A DNA stretch of 64,000 nucleotides from Macrostomum lignano. Lineage: Eukaryota. Both the position numbers and the translations under genes were made by a program. The stretch's first letter is position 1. Every line of letters begins with the position of its first letter. The notes below the pieces were generated by a model. That model was not told the origin of the DNA and searched no databases. It saw only the letters and a program-made list of their open reading frames with translations. The stretch is from the NCBI GenBank assembly GCA_002269645.1, contig NIVC01000386.1, positions 558,001 through 622,000 of the forward strand, in the 5' to 3' direction. Positions 1 through 31,383 of the stretch are shown one piece after another.

Positions 1-2669
1 AGGGGCGCCCACCAAGGGACAGGGGCGCCGCTAAGAAGTCAAATATTGGTTACTACTAAGTACGTCACTACTGTAAGTAGGCCATTAAGGGAAATCCGAC
101 GGAATTCATGTGTGGAGAATATTTCGAGAAAATTATTAAATCAATTTTTGGGCATTCCTAGTTAAAGTTGTTGGACTTTTTTGATGATCTGTAGATTTTG
201 GTCGGGAAAATACAAGTTTAAAGAAATAATTCAAGGCGCATGCGTCTTATGCAGTGAATTTTCAATTAATAATTTCATTTGACAAGCGTGTCACGCCTAT
301 TACACATGTGAACCCATTTAGCAACATGAATTTATTGCTTTCAAGTTTAATGATACAGATGGCTGATTTATGGCTCAAATCGATAAAAACTGTTGTTCAC
401 AAAACTTCAGATGCAGATATACACATGCATGGCAATATTTAGCTGTCATTTAATGACATGCTGTGCGCTCAATTCCGAATGTACATGCATGGATTCCGCT
501 AGCACTTTGCTAAGCAATTTGAGCGAGCTCCAGCGAGCGAATCCAATTATGCTGGACTCGGGAGGCATCCGCGTCTTCTCCGAGGCACTGCAGGCGGCCT
601 CCCCTCAACTGGTTTGCTAAACGGCTGTAGCGGAATATCTATAAAGAGATCTCATTTCAGCCCGAGACCCGTGCACTCTACACATGTGTATGCATATGCA
701 TAGCCATGTATTACAGCACAATTGTTGGCAATGACTCAGCCGAATGGGAAGGGGTCAGTCGCAGGAGCGGCCGATACGCAGCTTACATGTAAGTAAGGCT
801 TGCGTTCCTTTGAATAAATTGCATCACACAGCCTTGGCCAGAAAGATATGGCCAGTTCTTATCTTATTCTTTTTCTTAGTTCTCATGCGCCGCCCACTCC
901 CAACCCAAGGCTCGCTCCCATAATTATTATTATGCATTCAGTCCGGCCCGGCCTGTGTGCACAATGTCATGTCCCAGACCCAGCAGGGCAGCGATCCCAA
1001 AGCCACAAAAAGCAATTACTTTTTTCTCTAGCCAGTCTTCTTTTTGTGACCCTGAAAGCAAAATCTTGAGGCGGGCCTGACGGGTTGGCGACAATTTCTT
1101 GACCTCTTCTACAAGAGGAGGAGCAGAAGACGCCAGAGCGACTTAAGTTCTTAAATCTGTGTTTGCAGGACAGAAAGCCAGATGTTGCAAGATTTTCTGC
1201 TGCGGTCTGCGCCAAGAAATGCTTGCCGAGTGCCGGTATAGTGGCCTGAGAGATCTCAGCCGACTGCAATTGCTGGTAATTGGTCCACAAATGAGAGCAG
1301 CAACAGCGTGCATTCAGTTACATTCGGCTGTAATTGTCTGGAATTGCTTCTGGCCAGAGTACGAGCTCGGCTTTAGGAAATAGTTTGTCGCCTTTGTTAG
1401 GTCGCCAACCGTAAGCTCGTAGTTTTAGATTTTTGAACCCGATTTTCTATAACTTTAAATACCTTCAGTAGACTCAGCTGTATGGAGGCTCTGCTCTGCA
1501 ACTTCACCAACTGATTAGAGAGCTGAGGAAATGACAGTTGACGGGTCGGGAAGAAATGCCAACGCAAAGATTAGTTGGTTTTGTTTTCGTTTGCTTTAGC
1601 AAAGAAATGCCTTAATACGCATTCACTTTCAGTCTATGATTGGTATTGATGACGCATTTATTTATCCTAGATAATTGGTAGCAGCTACACTCTCGCACGG
1701 ACAGCCGGGGTGTTCAGGTGGGCAGCTGGGCTGCTGCTGCAGCTGCTGTTGTTCGTCTGAGTGTTCTAAGATGAACGGCAAATGGCTGCTTTGGAGGGAA
1801 GCTAGCGATGCATCATCATCATTTACCTGCAGTCGCGGGGAGGCTGGGCTGGGGGGAAGAAAAGAAGAAATTATTGGGAAAGTGGAGACTGTAAAAAGAT
1901 TTACGTTGCCGGGGGCTGCTTGTTTGGGGAGAGGGCAGGCAGGGCCAGTGGGAGCCTTGGATAAACTGACGGTGGCACTGCAATCTGTAAATTTGCCGCG
2001 ACCGCGGCCGCCAATCACGCCGGGGATTTGTGCGCCGCGCTTCAAGAGCTACCTGGGCAGGCGGAGGGTGGCCGGGGGCTCCCTCAGACAGGCTGGCGCA
2101 CCGGGTGACATTTGCTATGCGGAACCGCTGCTCTTATCAGCGGCATCGGGTGCTGCGGAATGATGCAGGTCTATAAATATCAGCAGCCTGAAATCAGCGC
2201 TGCAGGCTTAGTCACTCGCTTATTACCGAGACGGCTGAAAACCTCCCTGAAGTTTGCAACAATGTCTGCTTCCGGGATGCCGGGAGGAGCGGGTGATGGA
2301 GCCGAGCGGCTGGTTGGGATTCTGTGAGCGTATGAAAGCAGCCCGTGCGGAATACAATAGCTGCTCTGCTGGGACAAAGGAAAGTTGTTAATCCTCATTG
2401 AAGCGGATCAAGGAGGCAGCACTAAGCCGTCATGCGGCAGTCTGTTCATCCGCACTTGTCTCTGTCTGGGGAGCAATTACCCGCAGACAAGAGGCTGAGC
2501 GGGAGGCTGCGGTGCAAAAAACGAAAGCATGATGAGTTGAAAAAGAGCGACACGACGATTGAGGGCTTTGAGAAACAAAGACGACAATTAATCAGCACTA
2601 ATGCTCGCTTCTGTACCAAATCCGTCACTATCCGCACAGTCACCTGAGCCCCACATGGATGATTCACGC

Positions 2670-3340
2670 TGTAGCAGGGATTGTAGCGTGGGCAGGGAGA
2701 GGAGCGTGAGCAGGGATTGTAGCGTGAGCAGGGATTGGAGCATGAGTAGGGATTGGAGCATGAGTAGGGATTGGAGCATGAGTAGGGATTGGAGCATGAG
2801 CAGGGATTGGAGCATAACCAGGGATTGGAGCATGAGCAGGGATTGGAGCATGAGCAGGGATTGGAGCATGAGCAGGGATTGGAGCATGAGCAGGGATTGG
2901 AGCATGAGTAGGGATTGGAGCATGAGTAGGGATTGGAGCATGAGCAGGGATTGGAGCATGAGCAGGGATTGGAGCGTGAGCAGGGAGAGGAGCGTGAGCA
3001 GGGATTGGAGCATGAGCAGGGATTGGAGCATAACCAGGGATTGGAGCATGATCAGAGATTGGAGCATGAGCAGGGATTGGAGCATGAGCAGGGATTGGAG
3101 CATGAGCAGTGATTGGAGCATGAGCAGGGATTGGAGCATGAGCAGGGATTGGAGCATGAGCAGGGATTGGAGCATGAGCAGGGATTGGAGCATGAGCAGG
3201 GATTGGAGCGTGAGCAGGGATTGGAGCATGAGCAGGGATTGGAGCATGAGCAGGGATTGGAGCATGAGCAGGGATTGGAGCATGAGCAGGGATTGGAGCA
3301 TGAGCAGGGATTGGCGCATGAGCAGGGATTGGAACATGGG
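2670..3340. repeat. 18-bp minisatellite (AGCAGGGATTGGAGCATG)n, ~37 copies
   Basis: Unit visible directly; it produces the SRDWSM/EHEQGL/PIPAHA repeat ORFs. Confidence 0.95.
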
Positions 3341-4469
3341 AGAGATCAGGAACTAGGAATAGGAATAGAAGCATGGGAGACGCAACGAACACACGAGGGT
3401 AAGAATGTAAATCGAATAGGAAAACTTTTTCAAGATAAAGTGACAGTTTTTCAAAGCTGTAAAGCTCCGTGTAAGCTTGGTCCAAATGACACCGTGGGGA
3501 CCGGCAAGCGGTTTCTGATAGAGCAAACAATGAAGGGAGATCTCATAAGCGGACACGCAGTTCGCGTCCACATGCAGCTCCCTGCCTTTGTTAGCTCGCT
3601 AATTGTAGTTTATTTCGCTCGACCGCGGTGCAAAACTTTGGCCTTTGTTTATAGACTCTCTCTGACTCACGCCCTGAAAGATTGCAGCTTAAAATAGCAG
3701 AGCGGCCCCCAGCCACGCGTTGCCCCGCCGGGGCAATATAACAGCAGCACAAACATTTGCTTATTTGCTTGCATGTGTAACTCGCACCCCGAAGGTACCA
3801 GGCTTCCATGCCCTCTTTAGCACTGATATCCCGAGGTCAAGAGAAGGAGAGAACTGAGAGGGGGCAGTTTTACAACCACACATAATTCACCCTTTGGGCC
3901 CGGGCTGGGGGCTCAGTCATTCGCGCTGTTCTCATTCGCTTCTATTCACGCGACGCGGACTGCACCGAGCCTCAACCAGGCCCATCGTGTCCAGCCAATG
4001 GCAGTGGGGCAGCCGCCAGACTGCGTCTGAGTGGGTGTGGGCAGCCTGAGGGAGTCCCAGGCGCCAGAGCGGCTGCGGGAAGCTTTGGGGGGGGGTAAAA
4101 ATCCTGAAAGGAGGGTTGGGGAGGGGAGGCAGAGGCGAGGGAACCCCCGGGTTATAAGGCGGAGACGCAGTGGAGCCGGGGGCAGCTCTTTCCCCTCTAC
4201 AAGCCAGATCCACTAGACACACGTGCGTAAACACGTCACTGCCCTCTACTCCTTGTCTTTCTTCCCGGCTCCCTCTTCTGTGCTGTCTTTGTGAGGCCTG
4301 GAAGGCTTGTTATTTTTGCACCTGCCTCTAGTCATGGACAGACTCCTCTCTTAATAAGGAGGGGGAGAGAGGCCTCTGTTAACTCAGCTCTGATCTCACC
4401 GCCTGCCAGCAGCAGAAAGGAATTCGTTCGAGTTTGCTTATGCCTCGTCTTCCTTCCCGGACGTCTTAC

Positions 4470-22418
<17,949 letters not shown>

Positions 22419-22537
22419 CCGCCGCTAACGGGAATCAGAGATGACCTGCCTTCCATGCTCAAGTGAGTCAGGGTGTCAGTTAGACGGTCAGGAAAGCAGC
22501 AAGATAGTATCAGACAGTGTCGCATACACAGTAAGGA

Positions 22538-23392
22538 TATCAGACTGTCAGGATGTCAGACTGTCAGGATGTCAGACTGTCAGGATGTCAGACTGTCAGG
22601 ATGTCAGACTGTCAGGATGTCAGCCTGTCAGGATGTCAGACTGTCAGGATGTCAGACTGTCAGGATGTCAGACTGTCAGGATGTCAGACTGTCAGGATGT
22701 CAGCCTGTCAGGATGTCAGACTGTCAGGATGTCAGACTGTCAGGATGTCAGACTGTCAGGATGTCAGACTGTCAGGATGTCAGACTGTCAGGATGTCAGA
22801 CTGTCAGGATATCAGACTGTCAGGATATGAGACTGTCAGGATGTCAGACTGTCAGGATGTCAGACTGTCAGGGTGTCAGATTGTCAGGATATCAGACTGC
22901 CAGGATATCAGACTGTCAGGATGTCAGACTTTCAGGATGTCAGACTTTCAGGATGTCAGACTGTAAGGATGTCAGACTGTCAGGATGTCAGCCTGTCAGG
23001 ATGTCAGACTGTCAGGAGGTAAGATTGTCAGGATGTCAGACTGTCAGGATGTCAGACTGTCAGGATGTCAGACTGTCAGGATGTCAGACTGTCAGGATGT
23101 CAGACTGTCAGGATGTCAGACTGTCAGGATGTCAGACTGTCAGGATGTCAGACTGTCAGGATGTCAGACTGTCAGGATGTCAGACTGTCATGATGTCAGA
23201 ATGTCAGGATGTCAGACTGTTAGGATGTCAGACTGTCAGGATGTCAGACTGTCAGGATGTCAGACTGTCAGGATGTCAGACTGTCAGGATGTCAGACTGT
23301 CAGGATGTCAGACTGTCAGGATGTCAGACTGTCAGGATGTCAGACTGTCAGGATGTCAGACTGTCAGGATGTCAGACTGTCAGGATGTCAGC
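22538..23392. repeat. 16-bp minisatellite (GTCAGACTGTCAGGAT)n, ~53 copies
   Basis: Directly visible, between two convergent stop codons (22418 and 23452). Confidence 0.96.
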
Positions 23393-23451
23393 TAGCCTGT
23401 AAGAATCTGTCTCTGCACTTTCAATTTCAGATCAGTCCGAGTTCAGGAACT

Positions 23452-24781
23452 TCAGAGTTTCGCCCAGAGCACCAGCGAGTTGCTCACGCACCGAGCCGGC
23501 CACGGTTTTCCCTCTCCTGTGCAAGAAACGCAAAGAAGGAATTTGTGATGTGTTTATCGCAGCATTAACTTCATATTTTTAAATACTCGTCTCAACTAAA
23601 GTGTCAGATCCCGTTTTTTAACCGCCTGACTGCAGGTTGCCATTGCTGCCAGGTCTGGATAATAATATTAGCAAAACTTTTTCTTTGGCTTGATGAAGAA
23701 TCCTGCAATGTACAAAGACTGTTTCTGTACAGGTGAAGCCACTGATTCTGCACATCTGAAGGTTAGTATGTACTTTTAATGTACTTAGCGATGCTCACTT
23801 GGATGACACTGCATGCTTTGCTCAGAACGGAGAAGCTCTTGTAAAGCAGCGTTTGAATTTTGTAATATACACGCTATAAACACTACTGAGATAGTAGAAA
23901 AATACGTTTTTTGACAAAAAAATCGAAAGAAATTGATCCTGCAGTCACCAAAGTTTTTTATTATAAATGACTGAGCTTGAAGTTCTCGCTGGCAACAGAG
24001 TGCTCGAAGAACACAGACCGGGCATGTGAGTTCAGTGATGAGGCAAATAACTGAGCAAATGTCCACAACCGGTAAATGGGAGAGATGTTATAACTTTTTG
24101 ACCCTATTCTGCGAGGGTCAACATGGGTCAGACAGTGTAGGTCAGATGGTGTGGGCCAGACACTGTGGGTCAGACACTGTTCGTCAGGCAGTGTGGGTCA
24201 GACAGTGTGGGTCAGGCAGTGTGGGTCAGACGGTGTGGGTCAGACAGTGTGGGTCAGACACTGTGCGTCAGGCAGTGTGGGTCAGACACTGTGGGTCAGA
24301 CAGTGTAGGTCAGATGGTGTGGGTCAGACACTGTGGGTCAGGCAGTGTGGGTCAGAAAGTGCAGGTCAAACGGTGTGGGTCAGACAGTGTGGGTCAGACA
24401 CTGTGCGTCAGGCAGTGTGGGTCAGACAGTGTGGGTCAGGCAGTGTGGGTCAGACGGTGTGGGTCAGACAGTGTGGGTCAGACACTGTGCGTCAGGCAGT
24501 GTGGGTCAGACACTGTGGGTCAGACAGTGTAGGTCAGATGGTGTGGGTCAGACACTGTGGGTCAGGCAGTGTGGGTCAGAAAGTGCAGGTCAAACGGTGT
24601 GGGTCAGACAGTGTGGGTCAGACAGTGTGGGTCAGACCGTATGGGTCCACGGCGGCTGGGCTGGGCTCCGCGTACCCGCACAGTCCCTGCCGGTGCGGAG
24701 CCGCCCTCCACGACCGGCCGGGCAGTTGGACGGTGAAGTTGAAGTCCTCGGACAGCTGACGCAGGTGGCAGCCGAAGCGAC
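23452..24781 (-). CDS. Candidate last two exons of an unidentified minus-strand gene
   Basis: GC-rich non-repetitive islands 24638-24781 (cag|..RFGCHLRQLSEDFNFTVQLPGRSWRAAPHRQGLCGYAEPSPAAVDPYG|gtctga) and 23452-23516 (cag|..EGKPWPARCVSNSLVLWAKL*) splice in phase 1. No domain recognised; a further exon may lie near 25600-25686. Confidence 0.35.
24122..24637. repeat. 14-bp minisatellite (GTGTGGGTCAGACA)n
   Basis: Directly visible, with variants. Confidence 0.93.
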
Positions 24782-25062
24782 CTGTCCAGGGGGTGGAATC
24801 GAATTTTTGGCGTGCAATTTGCTTCTACTGCCACTGTTAGTAGGCTTATGCGAATATGTTTAAGGAGCTGTTTTACACTGACACCAATCACCAATATCTA
24901 CAAAGATATTCACGTGGCCCTTGCGCAAACATTCGCCCGAGCATTCACGGGTGTGAGTTCCCGTGTTCGACTCAGCACGCACGGCCATATTGCATGGCAC
25001 TTGTCGAGCATTCACGCTAGCCAGTGTGTACACCGCTTGATAGAAAATAAGGTCAGTGGATT

Positions 25063-25605
25063 CAGTGGGTCAGTGGCAGAGTCAGTGGGTAAGTTGCCTC
25101 AGTAGGCCAGTGGGTCAGTGGGTCAGTGGTTTCAGTGGGTCAGTGGTGTCAGTGAGTCAGTGGTTTCAGTGGGTCAGTGGTGTCAGTGGGTCAATGGTGT
25201 CAGTGGGTAAGTGGTGTCAGTAGGTCAGTGGTGTCAGTATGTCCGTGGTGTCAGTGGGTCCCTGGTGTCAGTCCCTGGTGATGAGTGCTGTCCCTGGGAG
25301 TGATGTCCCTGGTGTCAGTGGGTCTGTAACGTCAGTTGGCCAGTGGTGTCAGTGGGTCTGTAACGTCAGTTGGCCAGTGGTGTCAGTGGGTCAGTGGTGT
25401 CAGTGGTGTTAGTGGATCAATGAGCCAGTGGTGTCAGTAGGCCAGTGGGTCAGTAGGCCAATGGTATCAGTAGGTCAGTGGTGTCAGTAGGTCAGTGGTG
25501 TCGGCAGACCAGTGGGTCAGTGCGTCAGTGGGGTCAGTAGACCAGTGGGTCAGTCGAGTCAGTGGGGTCAGTAGACCAGTGGGTCAGTCGAGTCAGTGGG
25601 GTCAA
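25063..25605. repeat. Degenerate (GTCAGTGG/GTCAGTGGT)n low-complexity array
   Basis: Recurrent 8-9-bp core. Confidence 0.85.
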
Positions 25606-25930
25606 GTGGGCCAGCATCCAGCAGCCGGTAGGTCAGGTGGTCGCGCGGCACCGGCCGATGAGGAACGGCCGCTGGTCCAGGGTTGCCTGCAGCGTCGCTT
25701 TGTGTGTGTGTTGCGGACGGCTGGGGGCTCGAACTTGCGACCATGTTGGCTTATCCTAGATAGATACCTGTTAGATCAGATTAGTAAGTAGAAGTCAATG
25801 TCGAAAAATAGGCCCCGAACCCGAGCCCTGACGTTCTGATATTATCGAGGAATTTTTTACATTAGGAATTATTATCGAGGAGACCTTTTCTCCGCCTATG
25901 TTGACGAGCAGTTTCGGAAACGAGCCTGAA

Positions 25931-26021
25931 GTCTGACAGGTTGGTCTGACAGGTTGGTCTGACAGGTTGGTCTGACAGGTTGGTCTGACAGGTTGGTCTG
26001 ACAGGTTGGTCTGACAGGTTG
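25931..26021. repeat. 13-bp tandem repeat (GTCTGACAGGTTG)7
   Basis: Seven perfect copies. Confidence 0.95.
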
Positions 26022-26491
26022 GTCCGCCTTGGCCCCATTCTTGGGAGTGTCACTTCCAGGTCTTCCGTGTTCCCTGAACAGCTATTTACGAGTAGCTTCG
26101 AACTCATAAGCATGCGAGAGCAACTCAGGCTTGAACATTCATGCTGACCGATCATCAAATCTGTAGAGTTGCACCTGGTTTACAGCATAATTTGCAATCT
26201 TCACAGAACATCCGAAATTATGTACACATAAAATCCGCCTGAAATTTTTTAATCTAAATTCTTTACAGTCCAAGAGTGGCAGCTCCCAAACCCAACAACT
26301 CATCCAAATCAGAAGCAAATTTGTCCCATTTTCTGGGACCAAATTCCCAAACAGTATTATTAGGTGGATTGCTCAGCTGGGTCCCCTCATCTGCTTGCTT
26401 AAATCAGCTCTGAGACCTGACAAGTGTGACAGAGTTTGAGTCTGAAAATTTATTGGTGACGTCTCTTTTTGGCTCAAACATGCAGCAGATT

Positions 26492-29400
26492 TAACCACAG
26501 AGATGAACACGGGCTTAAAATATCAGGCATTTCTAAAAAACAGCGCTTAACCACAGAGATGAACACGGGTTTAAAATATCAAACATTTCTAAAAAACAGC
26601 GCTTAACCACAGAGATAAACAAGGGCTTAAAATATCAAACATTTCTAAAAAACAGCGCTTAACCACAGAGATGAACACGGGCTTAAAATATCAAACATTT
26701 CTAAAAAACAGCGCTTAACCACAGAGATGAACACGGGCTTAAAATATCAAACATTTCTAAAAAACACAGCGCTTAACCACAGAGATAAACACGGGCTTAA
26801 AATATCAAACATTTCTAAAAAACACAGCGCTTAACCACAGAGATAAACACGGGTTTAAAATATCAAACATTTCTAAAAAACACAGCGCTTAACCACAGAG
26901 ATAAACAAGGGCTTAAAATATCAAACATTTCTAAAAAACACAGCGCTTAACCACAGAGATAAACAAGGGCTTAAAATATCAAACATTTCTAAAAAACACA
27001 GCGCTTAACCACAGAGATAAACACGGGTTTAAAATATCAAACATTTCTAAAAAAACACAGCGCTTAACCACAGAGATAAACACGGGTTTAAAATATCAAA
27101 CATTTCTAAAAAACACAGCGCTTAACCACAGAGATAAACAAGGGCTTAAAATATCAAACATTTCTAAAAAACACAGCGCTTAACCACAGAGATAAACAAG
27201 GGCTTAAAATATCAAACATTTCTAAAAAACACAGCGCTTAACCACAGAGATAAACACGGGTTTAAAATATCAAACATTTCTAAAAAACACAGCGCTTAAC
27301 CACAGAGATAAACAAGGGCTTAAAATATCAAACATTTCTAAAAAACACAGCGCTTAACCACAGAGACAAACACGGGTTTAAAATATCAAACATTTCTAAA
27401 AAACACAGCGCTTAACCACAGAGATAAACAAGGGCTTAAAATATCAAACATTTCTAAAAAACACAGCGCTTAACCACAGAGATAAACACGGGCTTAAAAT
27501 ATCAAACATTTCTAAAAAACACAGCGCTTAACCACAGAGATAAACACGGGTTTAAAATATCAAACATTTCTAAAAAACACAGCGCTTAACCACAGAGATA
27601 AACACGGGTTTAAAATATCAAACATTTCTAAAAAACACAGCGCTTAACCACAGAGATAAACAAGGGCTTAAAATATCAAACATTTCTAAAAAACACAGCG
27701 CTTAACCACAGAGATAAACACGGGCTTAAAATATCAAACATTTCTAAAAAACACAGCGCTTAACCACAGAGATAAACACGGGTTTAAAATATCAAACATT
27801 TCTAAAAAACACAGCGCTTAACCACAGAGATAAACAAGGGCTTAAAATATCAAACATTTCTAAAAAACACAGCGCTTAACCACAGAGATGAACACGGGCT
27901 TAAAATATCAGGCATTTCTAAAAAACAGCGCTTAACCACAGAGATGAACACGGGCTTAAAATATCAAACATTTCTAAAAAACAGCGCTTAACCACAGAGA
28001 TGAACACGGGTTTAAAATATCAAACATTTCTAAAAAACACAGCGCTTAACCACAGAGATAAACACGGGCTTAAAATATCAAACATTTCTAAAAAACACAG
28101 CGCTTAACCACAGAGATAAACACGGGTTTAAAATATCAAACATTTCTAAAAAACACAGCGCTTAACCACAGAGATAAACAAGGGCTTAAAATATCAAACA
28201 TTTCTAAAAAACACAGCGCTTAACCACAGAGATAAACAAGGGCTTAAAATATCAAACATTTCTAAAAAACACAGCGCTTAACCACAGAGATAAACACGGG
28301 TTTAAAATATCAAACAATTCTAAAAAACACAGCGCTTAACCACAGAGATAAACAAGGGCTTAAAATATCAAACATTTCTAAAAAACACAGCGCTTAACCA
28401 CAGAGATAAACACGGGTTTAAAATATCAAACATTTCTAAAAAACACAGCGCTTAACCACAGAGATAAACAAGGGCTTAAAATATCAAACATTTCTAAAAA
28501 ACACAGCGCTTAACCACAGAGATAAACACGGGCTTAAAATATCAAACATTTCTAAAAAACACAGCGCTTAACCACAGAGATAAACACGGGTTTAAAATAT
28601 CAAACATTTCTAAAAAACACAGCGCTTAACCACAGAGATAAACACGGGTTTAAAATATCAAACATTTCTAAAAAACACAGCGCTTAACCACAGAGATAAA
28701 CACGGGTTTAAAATATCAAACATTTCTAAAAAAACACAGCGCTTAACCACAGAGATAAACACGGGTTTAAAATATCAAACATTTCTAAAAAACAGCGCTT
28801 AACCACAGAGATGAACACGGGCTTAAAATATCAAACATTTCTAAAAAACAGCGCTTAACCACAGAGATGAACACGGGCTTAAAATATCAAACATTTCTAA
28901 AAAACACAGCGCTTAACCACAGAGATAAACACGGGCTTAAAATATCAAACATTTCTAAAAAAACACAGCGCTTAACCACAGAGATAAACACGGGTTTAAA
29001 ATATCAAACATTTCTAAAAAAACACAGCGCTTAACCACAGAGATAAACAAGGGCTTAAAATATCAAACATTTCTAAAAAACACAGCGCTTAACCACAGAG
29101 ATAAACACGGGCTTAAAATATCAAACATTTCTTAAAAACACAGCGCTTAACCACAGAGATAAACAAGGGCTTAAAATATCAAACATTTCTAAAAAACACA
29201 GCGCTTAACCACAGAGATAAACAAGGGCTTAAAATATCAAACATTTCTAAAAAACAACGCTTAACCACAGAGATAAACAAGGGCTTAAAATATCAAACAT
29301 TTCTAAAAAACACAGCGCTTAACCACAGAGATAAACACGGGTTTAAAATATCAAACATTTCTAAAAAAACACAGCGCTTAACCACAGAGATAAACACGGG

Positions 29401-30020
29401 TTTAAAATATCAAACATTTCTAAAAAACACAGCGCTTAACCACAGAGATAAACACGGGTTTAAAATATCAAACATTTCTAAAAAACACAGCGCTTAACCA
29501 CAGAGATAAACACGGGTTTAAAATATCAAACATTTCTAAAAAACACAGCGCTTAACCACAGAGATAAACAAGGGCTTAAAATATCAAACATTTCTAAAAA
29601 ACACAGCGCTTAACCACAGAGATAAACACGGGTTTAAAATATCAAACATTTCTAAAAAACACAGCGCTTAACCACAGAGATGAACACGGGCTTAAAATAT
29701 CAAACATTTCTAAAAAACACAGCGCTTAACCACAGAGATAAACAAGGGCTTAAAATATCAAACATTTCTAAAAAACACAGCGCTTAACCACAGAGATAAA
29801 CAAGGGCTTAAAATATCAAACATTTCTAAAAAACACAGCGCTTAAAAACAGAGATAAACACGGGTTTAAAATATCAAACATTTCTAAAAAACACAGCGCT
29901 TAACCACAGAGATAAACAAGGGCTTAAAATATCAAACATTTCTAAAAAACAACGCTTAACCACAGAGATAAAGGCTTAGAATATAAAAAATCTCTGAAAA
30001 CACAGCGCTTAACCACAGAG
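26492..30020. repeat. AT-rich 58-bp satellite, ~61 copies
   Basis: Unit CACAGCGCTTAACCACAGAGATAAAC(A/AC)GGG(C/T)TTAAAATATCAAACATTTCTAAAAAA; 56-59-bp variants; no unique spacers. Confidence 0.97.
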
Positions 30021-30060
30021 TTAACTAAAGCAAACAAGGCTCCCTGCAGCAGGTTATGCA

Positions 30061-30670
30061 GTCCCCGATTCTCATGTGCCCGATTCTCAAGTCCCCAATT
30101 CTCATGTGCCGATTCTCATGTGCCCGATTCTCATGTGCCCGATTTGCATGTACCCGATTCTCATGTGCCCGATTCTCAAGTCCCCAATTCTCATGTGCCG
30201 ATTCTCATGTGCCCGATTCTCATGTGCCCGATTTGCATGTACCCGATTCTCATGTGCCCGATTCTCAAGTCCCCAATTCTCATGTGCCGATTCTCATGTG
30301 CCCGATTCTCATGTGCCCGATTTGCATGTACCCGATTCTCATGTGCCCGATTCTCAAGTCGCCAATTCTCATGTGCCCGATTCTCAAGTCGCCAATTCTC
30401 ATGTGCCCGATTCTGATGTGCCCGATTCTCATGTGCCCGATTCTCATGTGCCCGATTCTGATGTGCCTGATTCTCATGTGCCCGATTCGCATGTGCCTGA
30501 TTCTCAAGTCGCCAATTCTCATGTGCCCGATTCTCAAGTCCCCAATTCTCATGTGCCCGATTCTGATGTGCCTGATTCTCATGTGCCCGATTCGCATGTG
30601 CCCGATTCTCATGTGCCCGATTCTCATGTGCCCGATTCTGATGTGCCTGATTCTCATGTGCCCGATTCTT
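30061..30670. repeat. 15-bp minisatellite (CCCGATTCTCATGTG)n, ~40 copies
   Basis: Begins ~12 nt past the WSC-gene stop codon (minus strand). Confidence 0.95.
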
Positions 30671-30682
30671 ATGTCCGGAGCC

Positions 30683-31383
30683 TCAGATTGTCCGGAATTC
30701 CCCAGCCACGGTCTCCAGCTCGTGCGGCAGAACGGCGAATTTCAGCAGGTGGCAGGCGTCCAGGTGAAACAGCACGGCCTGGCAGTTGACAACGCATTGA
30801 ACCAGACAGTCAGCCAGGCTCCTGACGGGCTGCACGGTGCGGTACATCGGCCCGGCAGAGGTCAGGTTCAGGTAGACCCGGTCAGCAGAGTTGAACCGCT
30901 TGGCAACTGAAAGAAAGATAAGCGAGAAAAATCCTGGAAAGGCTTGAGCCACTAGAGAAGACACTCAGCTGGGTTGCACTTGCCTGGGTGAGAGGGGGCC
31001 AGATGGTACACGGAATTTCGATGAACGCCTCCGCAGATTTGCGAGGCGTTGCCACGGCAGTTCATGTTGCAGTCGCTACCGGGTGCAGAGCCATACCTGC
31101 CGTACAAGTTGCTGCAGAAGCATGATTCTGCATACTGAGTTCCAAAGTAGTGAAAGTTGCCGTAGCTGCAGACTTTGTCGCACAGCTCCAGAGTCATCGA
31201 GCTGGATGGCACAAGCAAACTATGCACTGAGTAGGGCCCGATGGTGGAGTGTCCTGCCAGGCCATCAAGGTCCCTGGGGTCACTGTCTGCAAAGCAGCCC
31301 ATGAAAGTGAACTCAGTGGTGGCCAGCGAGTAGCCGAAGGCGATGCAGCAACAGAGAAGCGGCAGAATTGATGAGGCCTGCAT
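30683..31383 (-). CDS. Secreted WSC-domain protein with a C-terminal Cys-rich (PAN/apple-like) module; 2 exons, 207 aa
   Basis: Exon 1 30984-31383: signal MQASSILPLLCCCIAFGYSLA, WSC motifs FMGCFADSDPRDL...MTLELCDKVC..YFGTQYAESCFC...CNMNCRGNASQICGG. Exon 2 30683-30906: DCLVQCVVNCQAVLF..CHLL. Joined in phase 1 by a 77-nt GC-AG intron. Confidence 0.8.

Noticed and set aside
254-2650. Short ORFs at the start of the window
   Set aside because: No recognisable domain and no phase-consistent exon chain.
24860-25040. Possible PIF/Harbinger MITE (AGCTGTTTTACACTG ... CAGTGTGTACACCGCT)
   Set aside because: The inverted termini are too imperfect and no clear TSD is present.
25715-25790. tRNA gene (minus-strand GTTCGAGCC B-box)
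   Set aside because: No cloverleaf or acceptor stem; at most a SINE head fragment.
26492-30020. CRISPR-like appearance of the 58-bp and 50-bp (8059-9008) arrays
   Set aside because: Head-to-tail repeats with only point variants; no unique spacers, no cas genes, and a eukaryotic context.
31340-31360. LLCCCIAF as the missing CK1-gamma C-terminal Cys cluster
   Set aside because: It sits in the hydrophobic signal peptide of the WSC protein; there is no basic tail or stop after it and no supported splice from CK1.
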